IMG/VR virus record: IMGVR_UViG_3300040811_000439
Location: 8,889-72,888 of that record
Strand: one strand, 5' to 3'
Source of the DNA: a virus
Length of the DNA: 64,000 bases
Under the pieces are notes generated by a model, which did no database searches, had not been told where the DNA came from, and saw only the letters and a list, made by a program, of their open reading frames with translations. The translations under genes and the position numbers were made by a program. Positions 9,358 to 19,160 of this stretch are shown one piece after another; position 1 is the stretch's first letter, and every line of letters begins with the position of its first letter.

Positions 9358-10591
9358 TATCTTCTGCATGCAGATCACAGGCAACACTGTTGACCTGCCT
9401 GCTCATACACAATACACTCGTTGGAACGGTACACACTTAGATACAATACGTAGGTGTGTTAACCGTGCTCGTACAGAGTATGTTTGGATTGTAGCAGACT
9501 GTTGCAATTATGCAACATTTGATTTTACATGGCAACCTGTACCCTGGGAAGCAGATCAAATACACTGTTGGGCAAGCGGTAACCAACAGTTTGGCGATAC
9601 TTTCCTGGTGCCTGTAGCTGCTTTTAAGCGTCAGCAAGAGGGCCTTAAACTACTAGAGTGGTACGAGCATATCAACTGGCATACAGAGCCCTATATACAG
9701 CGTTATGAGTGGCCCACAGTTGATAGTTTGGATAAACAAACAAGCCTATATGCTTGGCATAATCAAACCCCCGCAGACATTGACTATGAGCCTAGTTTAT
9801 GGAAAAAACGTGATCTACACGCCTTTACACAAAGTGGTAGCGTACTACTAGTGCCTAGAGACTGTAAACAGCATTTTAAGGACCAATTCTACGACTACCC
9901 ATACATATTGCGTCATAATGACTACAATGTAGAAGAAAAACCGCTAGATGTAGTATACTTGAGCAATGGTGAAAAAAACGCCGATAAAAACTGGTTTCTG
10001 CTCAAGTGTATGTGCCCTAGAGCAAAGCGCATAGACGGCGTGACAGGCAGAGCGCAAGCATACAAAGCCTGTGCAGAAGTCAGTGAGACGCCCTGGTTTT
10101 TTAATGTGTTTGCCAAGTGTCGTGTAGAACCGGACTTTGATTTTAATTGGCAACCAGACTGGCTACAAGGACCCAAGCACTGGATATTCCACAGCCGCAA
10201 TCCTGTTAACGGATTAGAGTATGGACATATGGGTATTATTGCATACCACAAGCAAATGGTGTTAGATGCTACAGAATGGGGTCTGGATTTTACACTAAGT
10301 GCTAGACACGGAGTTGTTCCTGTAGTAGGAAGCACTGCTGACTTTAACACCACACCATATGAAACTTGGCGTACAGCGTTTCGTGAGTGTGTTAAACTTA
10401 CTCAACAGTCGGACATTGAGAGTCGTTATAGACTAGAGCAATGGAGCACAGTTGGTAATGGTGAGAATGGTGAGTGGAGTGTACGAGGTGCTGAGGATGC
10501 TGTCAAGTATGTTGAAGATGGAAATGATCTACAGCAAACCTTCGAGTGGGCTTTCCTCAAAGAATTCTTTGACAGCCACTACAACAGCTAA
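9350..10591 (+). CDS. Glycosyltransferase-like protein with two degenerate GT-A-like halves
   Basis: Internal duplication (YVWIVAD..FDFTWQP / PWFFNVFA..FDFNWQP); NPVNGLEYG, TWRTAFRE. Confidence 0.55.
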   Translation: MFDIFCMQITGNTVDLPAHTQYTRWNGTHLDTIRRCVNRARTEYVWIVADCCNYATFDFTWQPVPWEADQIHCWASGNQQFGDTFLVPVAAFKRQQEGLKLLEWYEHINWHTEPYIQRYEWPTVDSLDKQTSLYAWHNQTPADIDYEPSLWKKRDLHAFTQSGSVLLVPRDCKQHFKDQFYDYPYILRHNDYNVEEKPLDVVYLSNGEKNADKNWFLLKCMCPRAKRIDGVTGRAQAYKACAEVSETPWFFNVFAKCRVEPDFDFNWQPDWLQGPKHWIFHSRNPVNGLEYGHMGIIAYHKQMVLDATEWGLDFTLSARHGVVPVVGSTADFNTTPYETWRTAFRECVKLTQQSDIESRYRLEQWSTVGNGENGEWSVRGAEDAVKYVEDGNDLQQTFEWAFLKEFFDSHYNS

Positions 10592-11521
10592 CAGTTCTTC
10601 ATCAGTCATATATGGATCGCAAGGCAACTGTAAAAACTTATGACAGTTTGCCACTGCTCTGTCTAGTGTAGCAATAGGCTCACTATAGGCACGTTTTGTT
10701 TCTATTTTACGATGTGTTAGATGTGCTTGTAAGTCAGCTCTACGTGATGTTTCAATAACAAACTTACTAACCTGTCCATTTGCATCAGTTACACACTTTA
10801 CGTATCTGCTTAACTGCTGATGATAGTCTCTAGCAATCTCCTGTCTACGCTCTTGCCAGAACGGGAAATGATCTAATTTAACTAGCATCTCAGCACAATC
10901 ACGCTCGCTCATAATACTATTGCCACCAACATGCCCGTCTACTGTATGATGTCTACGTAATAGTTTTACGTCATCAATTACACGTTTGTCGTTGCTTACA
11001 ACTGCGCCGCCGTTGCCAAAGTTAGGTAGACTTTTTGTGGGATCGAAACTGTATGCGGCCGTGTCTGCTTGCAGTGGTGCACCAAAGTGTTGAGCACCAT
11101 CTTCTACTACAGCAATAGAGTCTGGTATCTCATCATGGTTACCAAACAAGCCCACCCATACTGCACAATCTATACCTTGTGGTATAAGATCCCATCGCAT
11201 GAGTCCTCGAGTGTTTACATCGATAGCCACAGGAGAACAACCTGCTCTTATGATACTGTTACTTGTTGCTATGTAAGTTTGTGCAGGCATTGCTACTAAA
11301 CCTGTGACGTTTTCTGCTACTAGGGCATACATGAGTGCATCGCTGCCACTGCCTACTACGGCAGCATAACGTGCACCTGCTACTGTAGCAATGCGTTCTT
11401 CAAACGCATAGGTATAATCCCCAAGCATGGCTTGAGGATTAGTAAGTGTTATATTATTGATTCGATCTAAACTAGGTCTTAGTTCATCATACAGTCTGTT
11501 CAGATTGTGCAGACGTATCAT
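10529..11521 (-). CDS. DegT/DnrJ/EryC1/StrS PLP-dependent sugar aminotransferase
   Basis: GSGSDAL, EDGAQHFG, SFDPTKSLPNFGNGG (PLP lysine). Confidence 0.9.
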   Translation of the reverse strand: MIRLHNLNRLYDELRPSLDRINNITLTNPQAMLGDYTYAFEERIATVAGARYAAVVGSGSDALMYALVAENVTGLVAMPAQTYIATSNSIIRAGCSPVAIDVNTRGLMRWDLIPQGIDCAVWVGLFGNHDEIPDSIAVVEDGAQHFGAPLQADTAAYSFDPTKSLPNFGNGGAVVSNDKRVIDDVKLLRRHHTVDGHVGGNSIMSERDCAEMLVKLDHFPFWQERRQEIARDYHQQLSRYVKCVTDANGQVSKFVIETSRRADLQAHLTHRKIETKRAYSEPIATLDRAVANCHKFLQLPCDPYMTDEELLAVVVAVKEFFEESPLEGLL

Positions 11522-11762
11522 CTTCTTTAACCTCAGGCTCTGGTAGTTTTTGCCTAAATCGTTCTATTATTTCTTCAGTTGCTTGCTCTCTAGTAACTTC
11601 ACCGCGCTGTAACATCCATAGTGCTTCTGTGGGTTTGATACCTCGTTTACGTGCGACGCCTGCAGCAAGACTTACAAGTTCTAATCTTCCAATACCAAGC
11701 ATTTGTGTGATGCCGTCAATATCTGGCGGATTGGTTATCACTTTTTTATGTACATGTGCCAT
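11487..11762 (-). CDS. Hypothetical protein
   Basis: ORF in a tightly packed operon; start taken at MAHVHK. Confidence 0.6.
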   Translation of the reverse strand: MAHVHKKVITNPPDIDGITQMLGIGRLELVSLAAGVARKRGIKPTEALWMLQRGEVTREQATEEIIERFRQKLPEPEVKEDDTSAQSEQTV

Positions 11763-12018
11763 TTTGTTTCCTATGTTCTGCTTGCCAGCGGAATGCCCAA
11801 AGAACCATTTCTTCAGGATCTTCAAATGTCATAACAGCATTACTGTCATGCTCTGTAAAAAACCAACCCCAGCGACTTTTACATTTATTTGCCGCCCACC
11901 ATATGCTCTCGCCAATTACACCATTAGATTCTAGGGGTATTTGATGTTCGTATACTTTCCAGTAACCGCAACCTTGTGGGTATGAATGTTTAGGTACCCA
12001 GTTGTGAGTTACGTCCAT
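11746..12018 (-). CDS. Hypothetical Trp-rich protein
   Basis: Overlaps neighbours in operon; phage-like small protein. Confidence 0.65.
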   Translation of the reverse strand: MDVTHNWVPKHSYPQGCGYWKVYEHQIPLESNGVIGESIWWAANKCKSRWGWFFTEHDSNAVMTFEDPEEMVLWAFRWQAEHRKQNGTCT

Positions 12019-12689
12019 TCAAACATTTCGTCCGCAAGTGGGAACACATCTGCAATTACTCGTGCACACGCATGGGCAATATCCATGTGTTCTTTTTGAG
12101 TACCATTAGCACCACGTAGTTCAATATAGTGTACCCAACTACGTAGCGTACCGTTCATATACATGCGGCTTACTGTATTACCCTCAGGCAATACAGCCCT
12201 GGCTTGTTCTTTAGCAATACCATTCTCAATAGCCCACGCATATGCCTTTTGAGCAGCTTCAATAACAATGAGCTGTTTATTTTCCCATGTTGCTTGTAGA
12301 CTAGCATCTTCTGTATCAATGCTGTTCTGCCTGTTTGTAGTATCCTGCAAACGTGCTTCACGGGTAACGAACTCTAAATCCTTTGTGGGATCAGCATAGC
12401 GTTGGCTAAACTCTTGAAAACTGAAACTCCTGTGACGTAGGATCTGCCTTGCTATATCACGAGTAGTTTCAATCTCCATACAAGCACTGACCATTTCTAG
12501 GGGAGACCAGTGCTTGTGTTTGATGAGATATTTAATGAGCTTTGCGCTAGTTTCCATGTTTAACTGTCCACTAGGGTTGCTGACTCTAGCACAGAACGCA
12601 ATAAGGTCCTGTACATCTGCATCAGCAAGATCGTGAGCAGTTAAAAACTCTGGACTGGCTTGACTAAAACTAACCAGGCTTACCTTCAT
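12009..12689 (-). CDS. thyX: FAD-dependent thymidylate synthase
   Basis: HWSPLE, RQILRHRSFSFQEFSQRY (RHRx7S), ARAVLP. Confidence 0.96.
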   Translation of the reverse strand: MKVSLVSFSQASPEFLTAHDLADADVQDLIAFCARVSNPSGQLNMETSAKLIKYLIKHKHWSPLEMVSACMEIETTRDIARQILRHRSFSFQEFSQRYADPTKDLEFVTREARLQDTTNRQNSIDTEDASLQATWENKQLIVIEAAQKAYAWAIENGIAKEQARAVLPEGNTVSRMYMNGTLRSWVHYIELRGANGTQKEHMDIAHACARVIADVFPLADEMFEWT

Positions 12690-13330
12690 TAGGCAGCAGC
12701 CTTCTTCTTAGGACGACCGCGCTTCTTAGGAGCAGGTGCTGGAGCAACACTTGGATCGAGTGCAGTTGCTTCTTCAGTAAGACGTGCAACTTCTGCCTGT
12801 AGTCCTGCAATCTGTGACTCCATTTGTGCTGCCTGCTTCATCATGTCTGCGGCAATATCTGAATCAGTTAGTACACCTGCAGGTGCAGTTGCAGCATATG
12901 CTGTATCGCTTACAGTCTTTGCAGGATCTGCCATACCAGCCTGTGCATCAATCTCTGCCATACGCTTGGCAGCATCAGCACCTGATTCCATTTCGGTAAT
13001 GATCTTGTTAATCTCATCAAGGCGTGCACCTTCCTGATTAGGAACTGGTGTCATAATTACGTCCTGACAACGTACCTTCTTCATCCAACGTTCACGGTGA
13101 GCAGCTACTAGTAGGTTGCGACCATCTGTACCAACTACTCTCTGCATGGCTTCGCCAAGATTACTTGAACTCTGTCCTGCATCACTCTCAATGCACTTCA
13201 TAAGATCGTTATGATATGCTGTTGGTAGCTGACCTGGATAAATTACCAAGCACATGTGTTCCTCATTAGGAACTTCTCTAAAGATTACGGCTACTCTCTG
13301 GTCACTGTGTCTGCCTACGTGTTTAAGCAT
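12689..13330 (-). CDS. Hypothetical protein with coiled coil and C-terminal AT-hook-like motif
   Basis: Ends PKKRGRPKKKAAA; coiled-coil segment. Confidence 0.75.
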   Translation of the reverse strand: MLKHVGRHSDQRVAVIFREVPNEEHMCLVIYPGQLPTAYHNDLMKCIESDAGQSSSNLGEAMQRVVGTDGRNLLVAAHRERWMKKVRCQDVIMTPVPNQEGARLDEINKIITEMESGADAAKRMAEIDAQAGMADPAKTVSDTAYAATAPAGVLTDSDIAADMMKQAAQMESQIAGLQAEVARLTEEATALDPSVAPAPAPKKRGRPKKKAAA

Positions 13331-13589
13331 CGTCTGCTTCTCCTGTTTCTACTTCTTCCTCGCTTTCGGCTGGTGCTTCGCCTGGTGCTTGACGCAAACC
13401 GTTAGCAATTAGAAAGCCCATTAGCTTGTTATAAAGTGCGCCAACAAGCTGCATTTCATTTGCACGGATGGCACCACGTTGTGCTACTGCTTCTAGAATA
13501 GTAGCCATTGTGTTGAGATCAGCAGCCTGCAGGGCATTTGGATCTTCAACTTGTGTTTCGGTTTCTTCAACCTGTGTTTCGTCTGTCAT
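13323..13589 (-). CDS. Hypothetical acidic protein
   Basis: AGGAG RBS upstream; RGAIRANEM..VG.LYNKL. Confidence 0.75.
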   Translation of the reverse strand: MTDETQVEETETQVEDPNALQAADLNTMATILEAVAQRGAIRANEMQLVGALYNKLMGFLIANGLRQAPGEAPAESEEEVETGEADDA

Positions 13590-13644
13590 TATCGATTCTC
13601 CTATAGGTATACGATACTAAGTATTATTATAAGGTTTTTTGTAG

Positions 13645-14094
13645 ATGAAAACAATATTTTCTTTAATCATTCTTGCATTTATTTCTATTGGACCTGCACA
13701 TGCACAGTCTAAAGATGAATTCACGGACGCATATAAGAAAGTTCTACAGTGTCAAGCAGGTTTTAAAATAGTAGCATATTATATAGATATTTATAAAACG
13801 CTAAACACCATGCTAGATAAAAATGAATTGAAGCCAATTAGTGATAGTGTACACAAAAAACTCAAAAGAGATTGGACTACATTAGAGGATCTAATAGGTC
13901 CTATGAAAGTGCTTATGATGCAAAAAGGTATAGATCTTAAACCTTTGGACAATGAATTTTATAACCAGTCTCAAGTTGCCTTAATTATAAGAGGTTTAGA
14001 TATATCACCCAAAGAGTACTTAGACAGTCTCCTGGTGTTTGTAAACAACTGTGCAGATATTAAGAACGATATCCAAGATAAAATGGCTCAGTGA
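13645..14094 (+). CDS. Exported helical protein (Sec signal peptide)
   Basis: MKTIFSLIILAFISIGPAHA/Q with AxA cleavage site; lone + strand gene, AT-rich. Confidence 0.75.
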   Translation: MKTIFSLIILAFISIGPAHAQSKDEFTDAYKKVLQCQAGFKIVAYYIDIYKTLNTMLDKNELKPISDSVHKKLKRDWTTLEDLIGPMKVLMMQKGIDLKPLDNEFYNQSQVALIIRGLDISPKEYLDSLLVFVNNCADIKNDIQDKMAQ

Positions 14095-15383
14095 GTCTTT
14101 TTCTCATCGTAATATGCATAGTTACCAAAGGCCGGCTTAATATTATCCGGACCGTGTATGATAAACACTGTATCGCAGTAGAACTCGTCGCCCCATGAAC
14201 CCATTGGGTAACCATCAGTAAACATAACAAAACGGTTAGGCTGTATATCCTCTTCCTTCATAAACGTCCAGTTACAGTCAAAGTCTGTACCGCCGCCACC
14301 CATGGGCTGGTAGTCCATGATCTCGTCAATGTTACTAACAGTAAACTCTGCGTAATTGTACACCTTAGTATCAAAGCACCAGAGCTTGATAGTAAAGTCC
14401 GTGTACATGTCCATGATAGCTTTGATTTCGCTAAAGAAGTCACGTGCCTGTTGGTCACCAATTGAACCACTCATGTCCACGCCAATAGCAATGTCAATAG
14501 TCTGTTCAGGGATCATACCTGGCAGTAGCACACCGCTATCCCAACCCTTACGTGAAGGACGTTGGAAACTGTAGTCGCTTTTAACACTGCTCTCAATGCT
14601 CATAGCAAGCAGAGCACGCCAATCCATCTTAGGCTCAGTGAGATCCTTAACAATACGAGCAACACCTGCGGGCATATCACCTGCACCGCTAGCCTGCTTG
14701 GCACTGTTAATTAGTGCTTCCTTAATCTCATCTCGAATCTGCTTCTTTTCTTCTTCGCTGTAAGAAGGTTTGCTCTTGCTAACAAGGTTACCGTTCTCGT
14801 CCTCTTCGGGCTTACCACCACTACCTTCGCCGTCGTCTCCCTCAAGATGTTCGTCCAGCAACATGTCAACCAGCTGATCCATGTCGATCTTTTCGGCATT
14901 CTCATAGAGGTCATCGTAGATTTCCTCCATGCTCATGTCGTAGTACTTTGTATCGTGCAGAGCAGGTACAGTGGTAATCAGCTGACCAATACGACTTTTA
15001 ACAAGATCACCGTTTACAGCAAAGTCCGCTGCAATGTTAGCAATCGTAGCATTATGTTTGTTGAGCTTGCTACGACCTAGATGTTCGTAAACATTGTGCA
15101 GGACCTCATGCCCGAAGAGGAACTGTGTCTCCTTCTTCTTAAGCATGCGGATGAACTTGCTGTTATAATAGAAGTAGCGACCGTCTGTAGCCGCTGTGGG
15201 GCACCATGCGTCTGCGTTAACAAGCGGCAAACGTGTGGACATGTTACCAAAGAACGGAGCCTTCATAAGAAGCGCAACACGGGCAGTGGTTAGCTGCTCG
15301 CGAGCCTCATAATCCTCGTTAGGATCTGTGTCAAATCCTACGGGCAAATCTACATTCTTCTTGTTCGCAGTCGTTTTGGGCAT
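14088..15383 (-). CDS. Metallopeptidase-like (HExxH) plus vWA domain protein (DUF2201-type)
   Basis: TAATDG, HEVLH, DMSGS MIDAS, GGGTDF, FTDG. Confidence 0.9.
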   Translation of the reverse strand: MPKTTANKKNVDLPVGFDTDPNEDYEAREQLTTARVALLMKAPFFGNMSTRLPLVNADAWCPTAATDGRYFYYNSKFIRMLKKKETQFLFGHEVLHNVYEHLGRSKLNKHNATIANIAADFAVNGDLVKSRIGQLITTVPALHDTKYYDMSMEEIYDDLYENAEKIDMDQLVDMLLDEHLEGDDGEGSGGKPEEDENGNLVSKSKPSYSEEEKKQIRDEIKEALINSAKQASGAGDMPAGVARIVKDLTEPKMDWRALLAMSIESSVKSDYSFQRPSRKGWDSGVLLPGMIPEQTIDIAIGVDMSGSIGDQQARDFFSEIKAIMDMYTDFTIKLWCFDTKVYNYAEFTVSNIDEIMDYQPMGGGGTDFDCNWTFMKEEDIQPNRFVMFTDGYPMGSWGDEFYCDTVFIIHGPDNIKPAFGNYAYYDEKKTH

Positions 15384-15407
15384 ATACTTACTCCTTTGCT
15401 ATATTTA

Positions 15408-15437
15408 ATAATAGCATGGATATGCTATGCGTCAACC
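15408..15437 (-). promoter_or_regulatory. Sigma70-type promoter for the vWA gene
   Basis: GGTTGACG-16 nt-TATTAT; shares 15 bp GGTTGACGCATAGCA with the promoter at 18728-18742. Confidence 0.7.
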
Positions 15438-15892
15438 TTTTTCGAACCCAGATAATCCTTCTCTGAGTAGGTTTTAGCCATATGACATAGCACACAAAGG
15501 GTAGCAATATTCTCTTCTGTGTCCTGTCCGCCTTGGCTTTTTAGGTGTATATGATCCCCATGCATTACACCTCGCATAGCTCGTATCTTGTGATACTCGT
15601 CCTCAATATGACCAAAACGTATGTCATCTTCCCTAGGATCATAACCGCAGCCAGTGCATATCCACCCTCTGTAGAAGGTATGCGGGCGTTCTGCTTTACC
15701 CATTCCGCCATACTCTATACACATAAGCTGATGTGTTCTGCACAGGCTATTGCTACCAGGACCATCGTAAACGCTAAGTTCACCGTCACAGTCTGCTAAC
15801 ATACAGGTAGAGCCCTTGCGGTGTTGCTCTCGCAACACCGCGTTGGACTTTAGCTTATCCCTGTTAGGATCGCGTAAAGTAGACATTACCAA
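15425..15892 (-). CDS. HNH endonuclease
   Basis: CTGC..GDHIH..GG..ENIATLCVLCH..KT. Confidence 0.85.
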   Translation of the reverse strand: MVMSTLRDPNRDKLKSNAVLREQHRKGSTCMLADCDGELSVYDGPGSNSLCRTHQLMCIEYGGMGKAERPHTFYRGWICTGCGYDPREDDIRFGHIEDEYHKIRAMRGVMHGDHIHLKSQGGQDTEENIATLCVLCHMAKTYSEKDYLGSKKVDA

Positions 15893-17043
15893 AGGTCCTT
15901 TGCACCAACAGTAAAGCCGTTGTTTGGTACATAACTAGGAGTCTTAAGGTCTGTTGACTTCTTCATCTGTGCGATGAGGAAAGGAATACCTGTGCGCATT
16001 TCTGTAGTAAAGCCTTTGAGACCAAATTCCTTATAACTATCTGGGTTAGCCTTTGCATACCAATTAGTGTAAGCCATACGCACCTTATCCCAGAACATAC
16101 CATCTTCGCCAAAGTTAGCCTCGAAGTAAGACTTGGTAAAGGCTACCATCTTGAGCAGATAGTCTTTATCTACTTCGATACCCTGTTCGTAGCAGAGGTT
16201 GAAGTACTCGTACAACTGCCTAGCTTCCTTAGCACGTACCGGACGCTGTTCGTTAAGATAAGTCCAATACTCTGCAAACATGCGAGTAACTTCTGGATGC
16301 TTACGAGTCTTAAGACTCTTTGACATAAGTGTGTCAGCAAGCAAAGTAAACGCACCTGGTTCGTCCTCATCCCCAAACTTGGAGTGTGTAGCAAACAAAC
16401 CTGCATCTCGTAGATAATCGTTCTTGAGTGCAGTATCCACCCATTCTGGATCGTTACTACCATCTACCTTAACAGCATAAACCATCTGCTTGTAGCTGTC
16501 AATAAAGTCCAAACTCTCCTTAGCGTCGCCATTCAAGAGAATGAAGTTACGCCGAATTTCCAACTTCTGCTTTGAACTTAAAATGTTCACAGGAACCATT
16601 ACATCGGCAGCACGTTCACCAAATACCTTAGTAAGGATAATGTGTAGTGCAATCGCCGTGTGCTGGCCATCCCAGGCAATGTAGTACCCAGGACGAGCAT
16701 CGTCCCTGTACACCTGAATTGCCATCACCATTGTCCCGCTAAAATAGCTGAGAATCTTTAGAATGTGACGCATGTTAAGCTCGCGTTGCATAGTCTCATC
16801 GATGAGAATTTTATCAAACGGAACGTGAATTGATTCACATATCCCAATGTCGCTAAACTTAGTCCAGCCTCGCTCGGTTGGGGGATTACAGTTACGACGC
16901 TTAAACTCGTCTACTACTGCTTCTAACTGCCCACGGAAAAATGGGGCTTTACTAATCGCCTTGGCCAGACGTTCACTAAGAGTTACGAAGTTACTTGCTG
17001 CAACTTCATAAAGACTGTTCATTTTCTGAGCGTAATTACTCAT
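15886..17043 (-). CDS. ParB/Srx-like (DGQH motif) domain protein
   Basis: IDETMQREL..AWDGQHT; GGAG RBS before ATG 17043. Confidence 0.7.
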   Translation of the reverse strand: MSNYAQKMNSLYEVAASNFVTLSERLAKAISKAPFFRGQLEAVVDEFKRRNCNPPTERGWTKFSDIGICESIHVPFDKILIDETMQRELNMRHILKILSYFSGTMVMAIQVYRDDARPGYYIAWDGQHTAIALHIILTKVFGERAADVMVPVNILSSKQKLEIRRNFILLNGDAKESLDFIDSYKQMVYAVKVDGSNDPEWVDTALKNDYLRDAGLFATHSKFGDEDEPGAFTLLADTLMSKSLKTRKHPEVTRMFAEYWTYLNEQRPVRAKEARQLYEYFNLCYEQGIEVDKDYLLKMVAFTKSYFEANFGEDGMFWDKVRMAYTNWYAKANPDSYKEFGLKGFTTEMRTGIPFLIAQMKKSTDLKTPSYVPNNGFTVGAKDLW

Positions 17044-17132
17044 TTTACTTCTCCTTTTCATCGGGCACTCCGGCCCATAAGTTAGCGGTCATACTCGACC
17101 TTTTTTGTAAAGCACTTTGCTCTACTGAATCT

Positions 17133-17163
17133 ATAATACGATAGATACTATCCTAAGTCAACC
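17133..17163 (-). promoter_or_regulatory. Sigma70-type promoter for the DGQH-HNH pair
   Basis: GGTTGACT-17 nt-TATTAT. Confidence 0.65.
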
Positions 17164-17423
17164 ATTTTGACTACAGGAAATTCTGCATATTTTGCACGGC
17201 GCATTCCTGACTCGCTGCGACCGTGACGCATACCTACAGCAAATCCGTTCTCAAGTTCCACCCAATACTGTACATCCTCTTCATCGCCAGGCCATCCGCG
17301 GTTGCTACCATGCTTGTAAACAACCTTTTGGTCACCAAACTCCCTGGCTGGAATATCTCTATCCTGATACTTACGCATCTTCCACCACATTTCAAAATCT
17401 TCATTTAGGGTTAGTTCTGACAT
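17148..17423 (-). CDS. Hypothetical protein
   Basis: 91-aa ORF with AAGGA RBS; WVELENGFAVG. Confidence 0.65.
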   Translation of the reverse strand: MSELTLNEDFEMWWKMRKYQDRDIPAREFGDQKVVYKHGSNRGWPGDEEDVQYWVELENGFAVGMRHGRSESGMRRAKYAEFPVVKMVDLG

Positions 17424-17521
17424 CTTTTGTATCCTTAGTTACTCTCTCGCCGTACATAGGCGGCTTTGTTAATTCTTTAGAGCACTCTCCTAGTATGCAA
17501 CGTTTTCTGTCAACGTCGCAC

Positions 17522-17546
17522 CCTGGTAGCCAAATTGCTACCAAGG
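17522..17546 (-). terminator. Hairpin downstream of the AAA ATPase gene
   Basis: Inverted repeat tggtagc-caaatt-gctacca; no clear U tract. Confidence 0.4.
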
Positions 17547-17563
17547 CACTGAGGAGGAGCCGT

Positions 17564-18679
17564 TTAGTCATTTTCTTGGTTAGCCGCTACAACGTACTTG
17601 CCAAAGCGATCAAAGAACTCTTTGAAGTGCGCGAGCTTGTTAGCTTCAAACGGCAGATTATAGTTAGAGATAGCAGTCCGAGCACCCATAACAGTCATCT
17701 CTGTAGGGAAGAAGTCCATCATAAAGCGGAAGAAGTTATCCGCAAGCTCGTGCCACTTCTTGCTATCCTTTTTGCCAAATTTGTCGTAGGCATCCTTGAG
17801 CTCGTAGCACATACCAATCGTAAGAGCATACTGTGCTGAGATCTCTTTAATCTTACACTCTTTGACCTTACCAGCGAGAATGTCCTCAGGCTTGGGCATA
17901 TCCTTAGCAACCTTGCGGTGTGACATAAACTTAATAGCAATACCTTCGCCAACGCAACCGCTTACCAAGTCAGTAAGCTCATTGTCCGAGATGTCGTCAT
18001 CGTCGAGGAACTCGCTAACAAAACTCCAGCTACGAGGTGTAGCAAACGAACGTCCGCTAGAGCGAGGATCAAAGTCGCAAAGGTCACCTTTAGCAAACGA
18101 AACGTAACCAACAACGTCCTCGTGGATGCGGTTAGTAACAGCCCAGTTCACCCAGCTATCGTAGTCAACACGCACCTCCAAGTGCACAAAACGGTTAGCA
18201 AGCGGTGTAGGCATGCGGTAGGTAACACCCTTGTCGCTCTCACGGTTACCAGCAGCAACAATCACAACGTTGTCAGGCAGTGCATACTGACCAATGCGAC
18301 GGTTGAGGATAAGCTGATAGGCAGCAGCCTGTACACCAGGAGCAGCACTGTTCATCTCGTCCAAGAACAAGATAATAGTGTCATGCTCTTCTGCCTGCGC
18401 TTCAGTAGGCAGATCACTGGGAGGAAGCCACTGCATCTGACCTGTTTGCACATTAGGCACAGGATAACCACGCAGGTCCGTGGGCTCAAAAAGAGCAACA
18501 CGCAGATCAATGAGCAAGGTCTTACCCAAGTACTCTTTGTCTGCGACCTGTTGCATAAGATCGCTCTTGCCAACACCCGGCAGTCCCCAAAGGAAGACCG
18601 GACGCTTCTTGCGGAAAGCACGAACAATACGCTGTTCTGCCTCCTGGATAGTAACAGTTCTTGCATCTACTTCTGACAT
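17564..18679 (-). CDS. MoxR-like AAA+ ATPase
   Basis: GLPGVGKS Walker A, LFLDEMN Walker B, AAGN sensor, LANRF Arg finger, TPRSW. Confidence 0.92.
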   Translation of the reverse strand: MSEVDARTVTIQEAEQRIVRAFRKKRPVFLWGLPGVGKSDLMQQVADKEYLGKTLLIDLRVALFEPTDLRGYPVPNVQTGQMQWLPPSDLPTEAQAEEHDTIILFLDEMNSAAPGVQAAAYQLILNRRIGQYALPDNVVIVAAGNRESDKGVTYRMPTPLANRFVHLEVRVDYDSWVNWAVTNRIHEDVVGYVSFAKGDLCDFDPRSSGRSFATPRSWSFVSEFLDDDDISDNELTDLVSGCVGEGIAIKFMSHRKVAKDMPKPEDILAGKVKECKIKEISAQYALTIGMCYELKDAYDKFGKKDSKKWHELADNFFRFMMDFFPTEMTVMGARTAISNYNLPFEANKLAHFKEFFDRFGKYVVAANQEND

Positions 18680-18712
18680 ATTCTAAATCTCCTCAGATTC
18701 AACTTACATATA

Positions 18713-18742
18713 AACATAACACATCTGTGCTATGCGTCAACC
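18713..18742 (-). promoter_or_regulatory. Sigma70-type promoter for the AAA gene
   Basis: GGTTGACG-16 nt-TATGTT. Confidence 0.6.
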
Positions 18743-18745
18743 GTT

Positions 18746-19132
18746 TTAGCGAATGTTTTCGTATGGCTTGTTCCAGCTACCAATGCTCAGGTTGAGGTAG
18801 TAAGCCGTATCAAAGTAGTCAGTCATGCTATCCGAATTATCATACCAACCCTTGTTAGCATGGAAACCTTCGCCATGAATAGGTGCAGTCTTCATGATCT
18901 TTAGGATACGCTTGAAGAAAATCTGGTGCTTACCAACTTGGTCTAGGTGATACTCGTTAACATTACTATGTCCAGTAGCAGTAATATCGCTAAGATCCCT
19001 GGGACCTTTCACTAGCGTAACATCTAAGCTGTGGCTGCCAGCACCCTTGCGAACGCTGAACTTATACTTGGGATAAACAGTCTTAAGCTCTTTACGGACT
19101 GCCTTGACGTCTTCTGCACTGATATAAGCCAT
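18746..19132 (-). CDS. LPD29-like (large polyvalent protein domain) early protein
   Basis: VRKELK..YPKYKFSVR and C-terminal WYDNSDSMTDYFD. Confidence 0.7.
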   Translation of the reverse strand: MAYISAEDVKAVRKELKTVYPKYKFSVRKGAGSHSLDVTLVKGPRDLSDITATGHSNVNEYHLDQVGKHQIFFKRILKIMKTAPIHGEGFHANKGWYDNSDSMTDYFDTAYYLNLSIGSWNKPYENIR

Positions 19133-19160
19133 TTCGTTGCTCCTCATTTCCTATATATAC

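Noticed and set aside
17424-17563. Possible tRNA or ncRNA in the intergenic gap
   Set aside because: Only two short hairpins; no cloverleaf, T-loop GTTC or CCA end.
17192-18676. Long + strand ORFs (17192-17839, 18122-18676) antisense to the AAA ATPase
   Set aside because: Shadow ORFs expected from the codon bias of a GC-richer gene; no RBS or recognisable motifs.
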